Shown here: positions 55,921 to 64,000 of the stretch, piece after piece | How the letters are laid out: the number at the start of each line of letters is the position of its first letter | Numbering within the stretch: position 1 is the first letter of the stretch | Source: a virus | Taxonomy: Duplodnaviria > Heunggongvirae > Uroviricota > Caudoviricetes | Strand: one strand, 5' to 3' | Virus record (IMG/VR): IMGVR_UViG_3300046004_001633 | Coordinates: 36,792-100,791 of that record | DNA length: 64,000 nt | Position numbers and translations under genes: made by a program | Notes under the pieces: generated by a model | The model's database searches: none | Told to the model about the DNA's origin: nothing | What the model saw: the letters and a program-made list of their open reading frames with translations, nothing else

Positions 55921-58422
55921 TGAAAAGAATTTCTTCGCGTTATTATTTTCTGGTAAACTTCCCCAACTCATTGCGGCATAAAAGTCATTGAACTTGTTGC
56001 TTAAGTCACTTACGAACATTTTGTTATGATCCAAGTATTTTGCAGCAAAGTCAACTATTTCAACCGGATCTCGGTAACCACGAAGTGCCATAGTTTCAAA
56101 CCCATATGGATTATTCAACAAGTAACCCCATTTAATTTTTTCACCATTTGATATAGGTAATATATCACCAGTTAATGTGGTTAACATATCATTAAAGTTA
56201 ATTGCTGCTTTAGCGTGTGCGGTAGTTCCTTTAATAAATCCGGTGAATGGCTTACGACCTCTAATGTATTTCGATAGTTCTTTAACACTGGAATTCTTCA
56301 TTACATTGAGTACTTCTGAACTTCTTATATTAGATTTAAAGTTATGTATTAAGGTGGATGTATCCTGTTTGTTTCTACCTTTAAGAATATACCACAATGT
56401 TTCCTTCATTATCTTTTTGAAATCTTCTGGGAAACTAGATCTTACAACATCTAGGCCTTTAATATCCAATTTATCCGTAGGTTTACCTTCTTTGAAAATA
56501 ACCCACTGAGCATAACGTTTCTTTGCAATCCATAAACCAGATTTAGCAATATATTCTTGCTTAATTTGAAATCTATGAGATGCTGTATTATGGAATACTA
56601 AGGAATATTGATTGTACATGTTATTTACATGTTTTTGTATCTCAGAAGCAATTGCATTGGTTTGTTCAATCATGAATTGTTCATCCTCTATATCACATCC
56701 AGGGAATCGGTGTTGAATCAAAGGTAAACTGCTACAAAACGTTGAATCTGTATCTGTGTAGAATGCAAACTCTGCTTTGTCGCCGCTAGCATTAATAAAA
56801 TGGTCTGTTCCTAGTTCTTTTTCATAGTACTTGTTAATAACTTTTGCTGAGAACTTAATTACACTTTGACCGACAGCTGTAATAGCGCCGGCATTATCTA
56901 GGTCATAGAATCGGAAAGTCTTTAATCCTAATACTCCATAAAATGAATTAAGCAATACTTTTTGAGTTAATTGCAATGCATCATAGAATTTATAATCTTC
57001 TGTTCCAACTTCAAATGTATCTCGCTTATCTTTAAAGATAACACGTTCATTAAACCACTTTTCTAGAATGGTTGGTAAGAATCCTCGTTTATCATTTCGA
57101 TACACTACGCCATTACTAGTAACTGAATAATTATTATCTTGTAGCCACTGTTTGATATTTTGTGCATAGGTGCCGTCAGTGAATTGTACTTGAGTTGATG
57201 TTGGTTTTAATAAGCATTCCTGATTCCAATCTTTTATGATTGCTACTTTAGTTTCTGGAGATATATTAGCAGTCATAATGATACTAGGATACAAGGAAGT
57301 TAAATCTAAATCATAGATCCATTTATACAATCCAGGTATCGGTGGCATTACATATGCTCCTGCTAGAGATTCGTCATTCTCATCTTCTACAAACCGAAAT
57401 TGTTTATTTGGAGCAACGAATCCGTTTCTCTTAAGATCTACAATTGCGGCTCCATCCAAATATTTAGATGCATAGTATACGTCCTCATATGGTACGTGAC
57501 CTTTATGGCATATAGATCGGGCTAGATTCAATAATTGAAGCTTTTCATCCATTTCCTCAATTAAATCAACATCCGTCATATTGTAATAAGCAAACTTATG
57601 AATGTCTTGAGTAAACAATGTATCTAAATCGCCATCATATTCGACTTTACCTCGACCTAGTTCCTTTTTAGCAACAGTGTCTAATCGATAATTTGGTAGT
57701 TCTGTATATGTGAAGTTTTTATACAATTTAATGTAATCTAAACTAGATACTCCAAAGATTTTCCATTTCCCGGTCTTTGTGTTTTGATTAACAATACCAG
57801 CTGGCGAGAATTTCTTAATTGATTGAGCTCCTAATACTTTTTTGCATCGACCCATCATATATGGGATATCATATCCATCAGTGTTCCAACCAGTAATTAC
57901 TGTGGGTCTAATCTCTGCAAATTTATTAATGAATCTAGTTAATAGGGCTTTCTCAGTTCGGAATATTTCTAAAACATAGTTTTCACCCTGTATTTCTGTT
58001 TCTTTTATTCGACCTTGTTCATCTAGTATTAATACTCGACGATCTTTAGTGGCTTTATCAAAATATGCAATAGAAGTAATGGCTGTTCGAACATCATCAA
58101 TAGTACTATACCCATTTTCATCTTTAGCCGTTTCAATATCAAAGAAGAAGTCTCTGTGACCTTTAGATGGTTCATCTGATTCATAGTATAAATCAATAAG
58201 TGTGCGTACTTCTTCATTTAAATCTGATTCGAATGATTTATGGTTATCTCGATGATTCCCCGGAACCTTTTTAAGTCTAATTCCATCTAATGATTGAAAT
58301 TGCCCATTATCATCCGGAAGATATCCATATGGTTTAAATGTAAATTGTTGATGTCCTAACTCATCGTCCCAAACATGCATTGTTTCGGTTTTCTTATCAT
58401 AACCGATTGATTGATATGCCAT
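55912..58422 (-). CDS. DNA polymerase, family B (T4 gp43-like)
   Basis: Exo I FFFDIETA, motif A DLTSLYPSII, motif B KVLLNSFYG, motif C FYTDTDS. Confidence 0.9.
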   Translation of the reverse strand: MAYQSIGYDKKTETMHVWDDELGHQQFTFKPYGYLPDDNGQFQSLDGIRLKKVPGNHRDNHKSFESDLNEEVRTLIDLYYESDEPSKGHRDFFFDIETAKDENGYSTIDDVRTAITSIAYFDKATKDRRVLILDEQGRIKETEIQGENYVLEIFRTEKALLTRFINKFAEIRPTVITGWNTDGYDIPYMMGRCKKVLGAQSIKKFSPAGIVNQNTKTGKWKIFGVSSLDYIKLYKNFTYTELPNYRLDTVAKKELGRGKVEYDGDLDTLFTQDIHKFAYYNMTDVDLIEEMDEKLQLLNLARSICHKGHVPYEDVYYASKYLDGAAIVDLKRNGFVAPNKQFRFVEDENDESLAGAYVMPPIPGLYKWIYDLDLTSLYPSIIMTANISPETKVAIIKDWNQECLLKPTSTQVQFTDGTYAQNIKQWLQDNNYSVTSNGVVYRNDKRGFLPTILEKWFNERVIFKDKRDTFEVGTEDYKFYDALQLTQKVLLNSFYGVLGLKTFRFYDLDNAGAITAVGQSVIKFSAKVINKYYEKELGTDHFINASGDKAEFAFYTDTDSTFCSSLPLIQHRFPGCDIEDEQFMIEQTNAIASEIQKHVNNMYNQYSLVFHNTASHRFQIKQEYIAKSGLWIAKKRYAQWVIFKEGKPTDKLDIKGLDVVRSSFPEDFKKIMKETLWYILKGRNKQDTSTLIHNFKSNIRSSEVLNVMKNSSVKELSKYIRGRKPFTGFIKGTTAHAKAAINFNDMLTTLTGDILPISNGEKIKWGYLLNNPYGFETMALRGYRDPVEIVDFAAKYLDHNKMFVSDLSNKFNDFYAAMSWGSLPENNNAKKFFSFG

Positions 58423-58427
58423 TATTT

Positions 58428-58937
58428 TTAATTAATTTTATAAATATCTTGTAAATTTCGTTTAAGTCCGTAATCATCTAATCCATAGCCTAATACCCAT
58501 TCATCACCTATTTCAAAGCCATGAAAATCAGTCATACCAACACCATTTTTACGTTTTAACAAGGTAACAACTTTAACTTCAGCAGCCATTCGACTATTTA
58601 CCATAAATAATGCTTCTAACATTGTAGCTCCTGAATCGCAAATATCATCTATGATATATACTCGCTTTCCTTTAAGATCTAATTCTAAATCTTTGATTCG
58701 ATCAATGCCGCCGGAGTTATCTTGTCCTTCATATGATTTAAGTCGAATAAAATCAACTTCACAATCTATACTCATCTGTCTAGTTAAATCAGAAAAGAAA
58801 TGGAATGCTCCATTTAGCACACAAATTAGTACCGGCGGTAAAGGAGTCTTACTGTTAATCTGATGATCCGTTGATATTTGTTCAGCTAGTTCTTGTACTC
58901 GCTGACGTATTTCGTCTTGTCTGATGATGATTTCCAT
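58428..58937 (-). CDS. hpt: hypoxanthine-guanine phosphoribosyltransferase
   Basis: PRPP-binding VYIIDDICDSGATM, 169 aa. Confidence 0.75.
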   Translation of the reverse strand: MEIIIRQDEIRQRVQELAEQISTDHQINSKTPLPPVLICVLNGAFHFFSDLTRQMSIDCEVDFIRLKSYEGQDNSGGIDRIKDLELDLKGKRVYIIDDICDSGATMLEALFMVNSRMAAEVKVVTLLKRKNGVGMTDFHGFEIGDEWVLGYGLDDYGLKRNLQDIYKIN

Positions 58938-58959
58938 AACCTGTATATTTTACACTTAA

Positions 58960-59265
58960 TCAATCGTTTTGTTGAATCATAGCAATTTCAGATTCGCGAA
59001 TTAACACGAATACATCATCGCCAATTACAACTTCTTTGTGTGATCCTAAATTATTGCGACTTACAAGCACTTTGTTTCCAACTTTAACTGTTACTGGGAT
59101 TCTATCACCTGTGTGTGTAAATAACCCGTCTCCGGTTGCATATACTTCAGCATTAACGAAATTGTCGTTGCTATCCATAATGATAATTCCGCTTCTGGTA
59201 CGATCACTTTTTACTTCGTCTAATTCTTTAAGGAGTACTTGATCTCCAATTGGTTTCCAATTCAT
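58960..59265 (-). CDS. groS: co-chaperonin GroES (Hsp10)
   Basis: KPIGDQVLLK...GIIIMD...VYATGDG...VKVGNKVLV...VVIGDDVFVLIRESEI aligns along full length with GroES. Confidence 0.8.
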   Translation of the reverse strand: MNWKPIGDQVLLKELDEVKSDRTRSGIIIMDSNDNFVNAEVYATGDGLFTHTGDRIPVTVKVGNKVLVSRNNLGSHKEVVIGDDVFVLIRESEIAMIQQND

Positions 59266-59278
59266 AACTTGTTTCTAT

Positions 59279-59527
59279 TTATTGTTTATATAATCTTCGT
59301 ATTTCTGATTCGCTAATTGCGGATCCTACTAATCTGCCTTGTTCTCGTGAATTACTAACTATCAATACCGTTGGGACATTTCGTATATTCCATGTTTGTG
59401 CTGATTGATAACTTACATCGGTATCAATTGATACGATTGTCATTTCTCCCTGAAGTCGTTGCATCATTGGTTTTAGTGCAGCACACGGAGCACAACTAGG
59501 TGCGTGAAAGTATAATACTTGTTTCAT
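59279..59527 (-). CDS. thioredoxin-like protein
   Basis: APSCAPCAAL contains a CxxC redox motif in thioredoxin context. 82 aa. Confidence 0.65.
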   Translation of the reverse strand: MKQVLYFHAPSCAPCAALKPMMQRLQGEMTIVSIDTDVSYQSAQTWNIRNVPTVLIVSNSREQGRLVGSAISESEIRRLYKQ

Positions 59528-59581
59528 CGTATAATATAATTAATTTGGTAATCGCCAAAGGTTGTTGTTACTGTATACATA

Positions 59582-60355
59582 TTATACTCCTCTTTTTGTG
59601 TCGAATGCGATAATGTGGTCTCTACCTGTCATGTTATAGCCATGTTCCGCACACATATCAAATACCAATGGATACATTTCAATCAATGTTTCTCTGGTGT
59701 CGCCTGCTGGCATTATGTATGTTTTGCTTTTAGGGATAAACATTTTTACTCGGAAATCTTCTATTTCTTGTAAATTTTCTGCAGTGCCGTCCCAGACTGG
59801 TTTATAATGGTAATCTGTATGAAATTCAATCATTGAAGCAATTGCCTCATAGTTTAATCTGAATTTTTCATGCTGCCGAACCATTTTCTCATCCACCACC
59901 ATTTTTTGCGGTGTAATAGCACCCACAACGGGAATGCTATTGCGAAACTTAGGACTAAGGCTAATGAGCCCAATAGGATAGTCAGTTTCAACAAAATGTG
60001 AACCTTCAGTCTCAATAGTAATAAGAATGTCTCTTTCATAAGCAAATCGTGTAAGTTCATTTACCAATGCTGGATGCATTGTCGGAGAACCTCCCGTTAA
60101 CATCATTTCTTTGATATGCGGGTTACTATCATAAATATTGATAATATCATTAAACGTGAAAGTTCCTTTTTCTGGGTGTATACTTGTATACCATGAATCA
60201 CACCATCCACCCTCGCCAAAATAACATCGGTGTGTGCATCCGGTAGTTCTAATTGCTATTGTAGGTCTACCGAATCTGCTTCCTTCTGATTGCACGCATC
60301 GATATACTTCGATAATTGGAAGTGTTTTATTGTAATCTTCTATTCTTTTTCTCAT
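59582..60355 (-). CDS. queE: 7-carboxy-7-deazaguanine synthase QueE (radical SAM)
   Basis: LPIIEVYRCVQSEGSRFGRPTIAIRTTGCTHRCYFGEGGWCDSWYT matches the QueE N-terminal cluster and substrate region. MLTGGSP matches the SAM-binding motif. Confidence 0.65.
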   Translation of the reverse strand: MRKRIEDYNKTLPIIEVYRCVQSEGSRFGRPTIAIRTTGCTHRCYFGEGGWCDSWYTSIHPEKGTFTFNDIINIYDSNPHIKEMMLTGGSPTMHPALVNELTRFAYERDILITIETEGSHFVETDYPIGLISLSPKFRNSIPVVGAITPQKMVVDEKMVRQHEKFRLNYEAIASMIEFHTDYHYKPVWDGTAENLQEIEDFRVKMFIPKSKTYIMPAGDTRETLIEMYPLVFDMCAEHGYNMTGRDHIIAFDTKRGV

Positions 60356-60357
60356 AA

Positions 60358-60717
60358 TTAAAATGGTAAATCGTCATCATCTTCAACTAATTCAGCGGCT
60401 GATTCTGGCAGCTTAAGTAAAAGTGCAACTTGTGTTTCTAACATAGTTACGCGTTCAGTTAATAGTTCTAATTCTGTTTTTGGTTTTACTTCAAAGTATT
60501 CATCCAAAAACGACATTGGATATGTAGCAACTGATGGATATTCTTTTGTCTGTTTATGTTCTGGTAATTGTTCATATACAATATTAATGCCTTTTGCCTT
60601 AGCAGCTGCGTATACCTGTTTACCAATACCAGATATGCGGGTTGGTTGCCCTTTATAATTGTATAGGGATACATATGTTTCATTGTTCATATATACTAGA
60701 ATTATTGTCGTTTTCAA
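60358..60717 (-). CDS. small protein with SSB-type acidic C-terminal tail
   Basis: C-terminus ELVEDDDDLPF resembles the SSB DDDIPF protein-interaction tail. 119 aa. Confidence 0.3.
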   Translation of the reverse strand: MKTTIILVYMNNETYVSLYNYKGQPTRISGIGKQVYAAAKAKGINIVYEQLPEHKQTKEYPSVATYPMSFLDEYFEVKPKTELELLTERVTMLETQVALLLKLPESAAELVEDDDDLPF

Positions 60718-61156
60718 AACATTCTACTTTAATACATTGGCATCGTCCACCATCTGTTTTAGATAATACCTCATTGAACTTATCATAAACTAATTTAGCA
60801 CACGATTCTGCTCCCATTTTAGCCATAACGCGAAGTGCACAAATACCTTCCATTGACATTGTTTCGAATAAATCTAAGTATGGATCATCTTTTTCTATTA
60901 ATAGTGTATGATCCCACATATAATTCATCCAAGATTTTAATCCATTACCTTTAGGTGCATCTTTGAATCCTCCGTAATCAACAATCCAATTCATGTCATC
61001 TAATTGGTTCTCTTCGATGGGTTCATTAGAAGCAAACCATACTTTAAACTTTAAAGCATATCCGTGTAATAACTCGCAATGAGAATGAGATGCTTTATGT
61101 TGTCTAAGTGCTACTGAATAATTTTCAAATAGCTTTGTTGAAATATATCTCGACAT
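60680..61156 (-). CDS. queD: 6-carboxy-5,6,7,8-tetrahydropterin synthase QueD
   Basis: SHSHCELLHGYALKFKV contains the QueD CxxxHGH Zn motif. Confidence 0.7.
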   Translation of the reverse strand: MSRYISTKLFENYSVALRQHKASHSHCELLHGYALKFKVWFASNEPIEENQLDDMNWIVDYGGFKDAPKGNGLKSWMNYMWDHTLLIEKDDPYLDLFETMSMEGICALRVMAKMGAESCAKLVYDKFNEVLSKTDGGRCQCIKVECFENDNNSSIYEQ

Positions 61157-61157
61157 A

Positions 61158-61859
61158 TTAATAACCTTTTACAAATTGATAAAATTCTGATCTTGCATTT
61201 CCGTCATCTAAAAATGCTCCTGATAGTTTTGCTGTTTTCATTGAAGCTCCTTGATGCTTTACGCCGCGGCATGACACACAATTATGAGTTGCTTCAATCA
61301 TTACAGCTACACCTTTAGCTCCTTCAATTAATTCTTCAATTGCATGATGTATAGCAACAGTTAATTGTTCTTGTATTGCACCGCGTCTACCAAAGTGTTC
61401 AACTACTCGATTAATTTTACTTAATCCGATAACATTACCGTTATCTGCTGGAATATATGCAATATGAACTTTTCCTCCGATTGTTTGATGGTGATGTGAA
61501 CACATTGATGTTAATGGAATACCTCCCTCGAACACAATACCATCGTATCCATCACTTGGGAAAGCTGTGATATCTGACATTGATTCATAACGTCCGCGCC
61601 ACAAATCATTTACATATGCTTTTGCTACTCGGTTAGGTGTATTATCTGAATTTGGATCTGATTCCCATGCAACTCCTAAAGCTCGAAGAAATTCTCCGTA
61701 ATAGTATGCTGCATCTGCAATAATAGCTTGTTTTTCTTCTTTAGTCAACTCAGCTTCGGGATCATTTAGCATCGCTCTTTTAGTTGCTAATTGAGTTGAT
61801 ATACCGTTCGCGAAACCAGATTTAACTAGTTCTAGATTTTTCTTTTTCTTATCTGACAT
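61158..61859 (-). CDS. folE: GTP cyclohydrolase I
   Basis: MCSHHHQTIGGKVHIAYIP (CxHH...HxAYIP active-site block) plus typical FolE flanks. Confidence 0.85.
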   Translation of the reverse strand: MSDKKKKNLELVKSGFANGISTQLATKRAMLNDPEAELTKEEKQAIIADAAYYYGEFLRALGVAWESDPNSDNTPNRVAKAYVNDLWRGRYESMSDITAFPSDGYDGIVFEGGIPLTSMCSHHHQTIGGKVHIAYIPADNGNVIGLSKINRVVEHFGRRGAIQEQLTVAIHHAIEELIEGAKGVAVMIEATHNCVSCRGVKHQGASMKTAKLSGAFLDDGNARSEFYQFVKGY

Positions 61860-61894
61860 ATAACTTATTTCTTACTTATATAATATAATGTATT
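61860..61894 (-). promoter_or_regulatory. AT-rich promoter-like region upstream of folE (degenerate TTGAAA / TATATT)
   Basis: Minus strand TTGAAATCTCAATAAAATACATTATATTATATAAG. Confidence 0.3.
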
Positions 61895-62098
61895 TTATTG
61901 AGATTTCAAAGTTTTTTCATCTTTATTATATGGGCAATGCCTACAACCATTACCACAGCAATGTCCGCGCCGTTCGTGATATGATTCAGTGAATACTCGA
62001 TAACCGTTTTCATAGTAGAAATCTGTAGGAAGGAGCTTGTTTCCAAACTCCCTCACATACAGTTGTTGTACCCAATCTTTAGATGCTGATACTATCAT
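61895..62098 (-). CDS. small Cys-rich protein (C-C-G-N-G-C-R-H-C-P-Y cluster)
   Basis: 67 aa ending ...RGHCCGNGCRHCPYNKDE. 4-nt overlap with nrdJ stop. Confidence 0.4.
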   Translation of the reverse strand: MIVSASKDWVQQLYVREFGNKLLPTDFYYENGYRVFTESYHERRGHCCGNGCRHCPYNKDEKTLKSQ

Positions 62099-63951
62099 TT
62101 AACTTCGCAAGCTCCGCCTGCACAAGCTAATTCACCTGATAGGTCTGTGTTATCATCTAATTCAATTACATTGCTTAAATCAATATTATGCAAAGATTTC
62201 ATCATTTCGTCATAGTGCTCTTTTGTGCAATCTTCGAATGGAGCTTGAGTATATGTTCCACCATTATATGGTAATACTGATAAACCATTATAATGATCTC
62301 TGTTATCCCACATCCACTGTCCTGCTAAGTCCCACTCATCATCTCTTAATGATACAGTTGCTGATACATTATGAGTATTATTTCCTGAACGATGTCCTGG
62401 TTTAACCCACTCTAAATGCACTTTCTTAATTCTGTCTAACAATTGGAAAGGAGATTCTGTTCTCATAATTGCGCCTTCTGGTGCTTTTTGTGGAATAGAA
62501 ATTACTGCGGTATCGTGTGGGCGGAAATACTCATCTTCAATTAATTCTGGATGATTAATTGCTAGGTATGAATAAATTGCTTCATTTTTACCTACACGAA
62601 TACGACGAATATAATAATCATTGTGCCATGCGTGAATTCCAGATGATGTTCCTAATGCTAATGAGGTTGTTCCAGCTGGTTTTACGGTAGTTGTACGAGC
62701 TGACTTATTAATTCCTATAATATTAGCAACTCTTTCATTTTCTAATTTAACTGCCTTAGCTGCAGCCTTCATATCATATCCTAATACTACCCCAGATCCA
62801 ATACCTGTCATTGATACACCAATAAGTGCATCTTTTTCAGTGGTTCTTTGCCATATTGGGCGAAGGTAATGAAAATTAGTATATCCTGCTTGAAGCGTTC
62901 CAATAAATGCTGCTGCTTTTACCCGCGCTTCTAAATCTTCTTGTGATTCAATATCCGATGCATTTACTTCACATAGGTTGCAGAATTGGAATGGACGAAG
63001 TGCAATCTCACAACATGGGTTAGTTCCCCAATCTTTGTCATTTGTAAGATATATTCCAGGCTCTCCAGCTCCAGACAATTCAACACGCTTCCAAAGATCC
63101 ATAAAGAACTCATTTGTCAATTTATGACGCATTAATGTTGCTGAATTATTTGCTCTACCTCTTTGTGGGTTATGTTCCCACCAACTTCCAGATTTACAGG
63201 AAATCATATCTTCATCATCTGCTGAGAACAAAGAAATAAGTGCGGCTCTACGAATACCGCCGGCTAATACTGCATCAGCAACGTGACAAACCATATCGTG
63301 CACTTCGATTGGAGATAATTTATCACCATCTTCTTTAGAATCTAAAATACCCTGAAGTTTAATCAAACATTCTTTAAGTGGTTGTGGGCCTGGAGCTTTT
63401 CCTCCTGATGTTACTAATCTAGCGCCTTTTTGACGAATATCAGAAAAATCAAATATAAATGATGAGCTACCAGTAAAATATGATTTAACGAGCACTTTAA
63501 CTGCATCTGCCCAACCTTCAATTGAATCCGCAATTAGATAACGACGACTTCGGTTTGGATTTGGTTTGTGTATTTCTGGTAATAATTCAACATGGTGTTT
63601 TTGTACCGAATATCCTACCCCAGTTCCGCCTAATAACAAGAACATTGCTTCACCAAATGCTCGGTGATCGTCAATTGGCAAATATGCACAGTTATAAATC
63701 CGGTTTGGGGAAATTTCAATTGGTTTACCGCCAAATTGCAAACTACGCATCGATGGTAATATTTTCTTACTATAAACAAATTCATATGCTGCCTCAATTT
63801 CCTCAGCTAACTGTGGATATTTCTTAAGATGCATCGCTTTATTACGAGTAACTAATTCAGCCCATGTTTCTCTGCGATTGAGTTCTGGGACATACTTTGC
63901 ATACTTCATGTACACAGTAATTTCACTTAAAATTTTGTTTGAAATTTCCAT
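62095..63951 (-). CDS. nrdJ: ribonucleotide reductase class II (adenosylcobalamin-dependent, NrdJ)
   Basis: NPCCEIALRPFQFCNLCEVN active-site block and C-terminal LACAGGACEVK redox pair. Confidence 0.8.
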   Translation of the reverse strand: MEISNKILSEITVYMKYAKYVPELNRRETWAELVTRNKAMHLKKYPQLAEEIEAAYEFVYSKKILPSMRSLQFGGKPIEISPNRIYNCAYLPIDDHRAFGEAMFLLLGGTGVGYSVQKHHVELLPEIHKPNPNRSRRYLIADSIEGWADAVKVLVKSYFTGSSSFIFDFSDIRQKGARLVTSGGKAPGPQPLKECLIKLQGILDSKEDGDKLSPIEVHDMVCHVADAVLAGGIRRAALISLFSADDEDMISCKSGSWWEHNPQRGRANNSATLMRHKLTNEFFMDLWKRVELSGAGEPGIYLTNDKDWGTNPCCEIALRPFQFCNLCEVNASDIESQEDLEARVKAAAFIGTLQAGYTNFHYLRPIWQRTTEKDALIGVSMTGIGSGVVLGYDMKAAAKAVKLENERVANIIGINKSARTTTVKPAGTTSLALGTSSGIHAWHNDYYIRRIRVGKNEAIYSYLAINHPELIEDEYFRPHDTAVISIPQKAPEGAIMRTESPFQLLDRIKKVHLEWVKPGHRSGNNTHNVSATVSLRDDEWDLAGQWMWDNRDHYNGLSVLPYNGGTYTQAPFEDCTKEHYDEMMKSLHNIDLSNVIELDDNTDLSGELACAGGACEVK

Positions 63952-64000
63952 TGTTTGTAATCTTCTTGTTATAAATGTAAATGTTTTTAGATAAAAATTC

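Overview
This 64 kb window looks like part of a large, AT-rich, lytic T4-like dsDNA phage genome. All ~92 credible protein-coding genes lie on the minus strand; the plus-strand ORFs in the track look like shadow ORFs. The host is probably a Bacteroidota bacterium: one phage gene encodes a protein with a cleavable 'MKKL..AQ' signal peptide and a T9SS C-terminal sorting domain. Content from low to high coordinates: small hypotheticals and a metallophosphoesterase. A 3.7 kb RNA-gene region (2.9-6.6 kb) holding 18 minus-strand tRNAs, one aberrant 105-nt tRNA-like gene, ORF-free structured spacers and a Zn-finger endonuclease-like ORF. Thymidylate synthase. An RNA heal-and-seal cassette (Rnl5/Rnl2-type RNA ligase, P-loop polynucleotide kinase, calcineurin-like phosphoesterase). 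GroEL. A CobT-like vWA protein and a CobS/MoxR-like AAA+ ATPase gene split into two ORFs by a free-standing GIY-YIG homing endonuclease gene. A T9SS-secreted protein, an HNH endonuclease, a ClpS homologue, a GH24-LysM endolysin, structural-like ORFs and a holin/amidase lysis cassette. A ~14 kb sugar-nucleotide and glycosyltransferase island (GMD, ColD-like His-variant dehydratase, SDR, split transketolase, RmlC-like, FkbM methyltransferase, GT2/GT4/GT10/GT11/GT25/RgpF-like). A DUF2493/SLOG protein, a PD-(D/E)XK nuclease, SPFH/band-7, an LRR-like repeat protein. A T4-like replisome block (gp62-like, gp44-like clamp loader, dUTPase, gp45-like clamp, family B DNA polymerase). A 7-deazaguanine DNA-modification set (DpdA transglycosylase, FolE, QueD, QueE; no QueC seen in the window). 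HGPRT, GroES, thioredoxin and a class II B12-dependent RNR. Two recurring promoter-like motif families are visible: a sigma70-type TTGGAT-N17-TATAAT element (9 exact-architecture copies) and a TATAAATATGAT element just 5' of start codons. Five hairpin+U-run terminator-like elements are present. No CRISPR arrays, integrase, transposase or rRNA were seen. All product calls come from motif-level reading of the translations and have not been database-verified.
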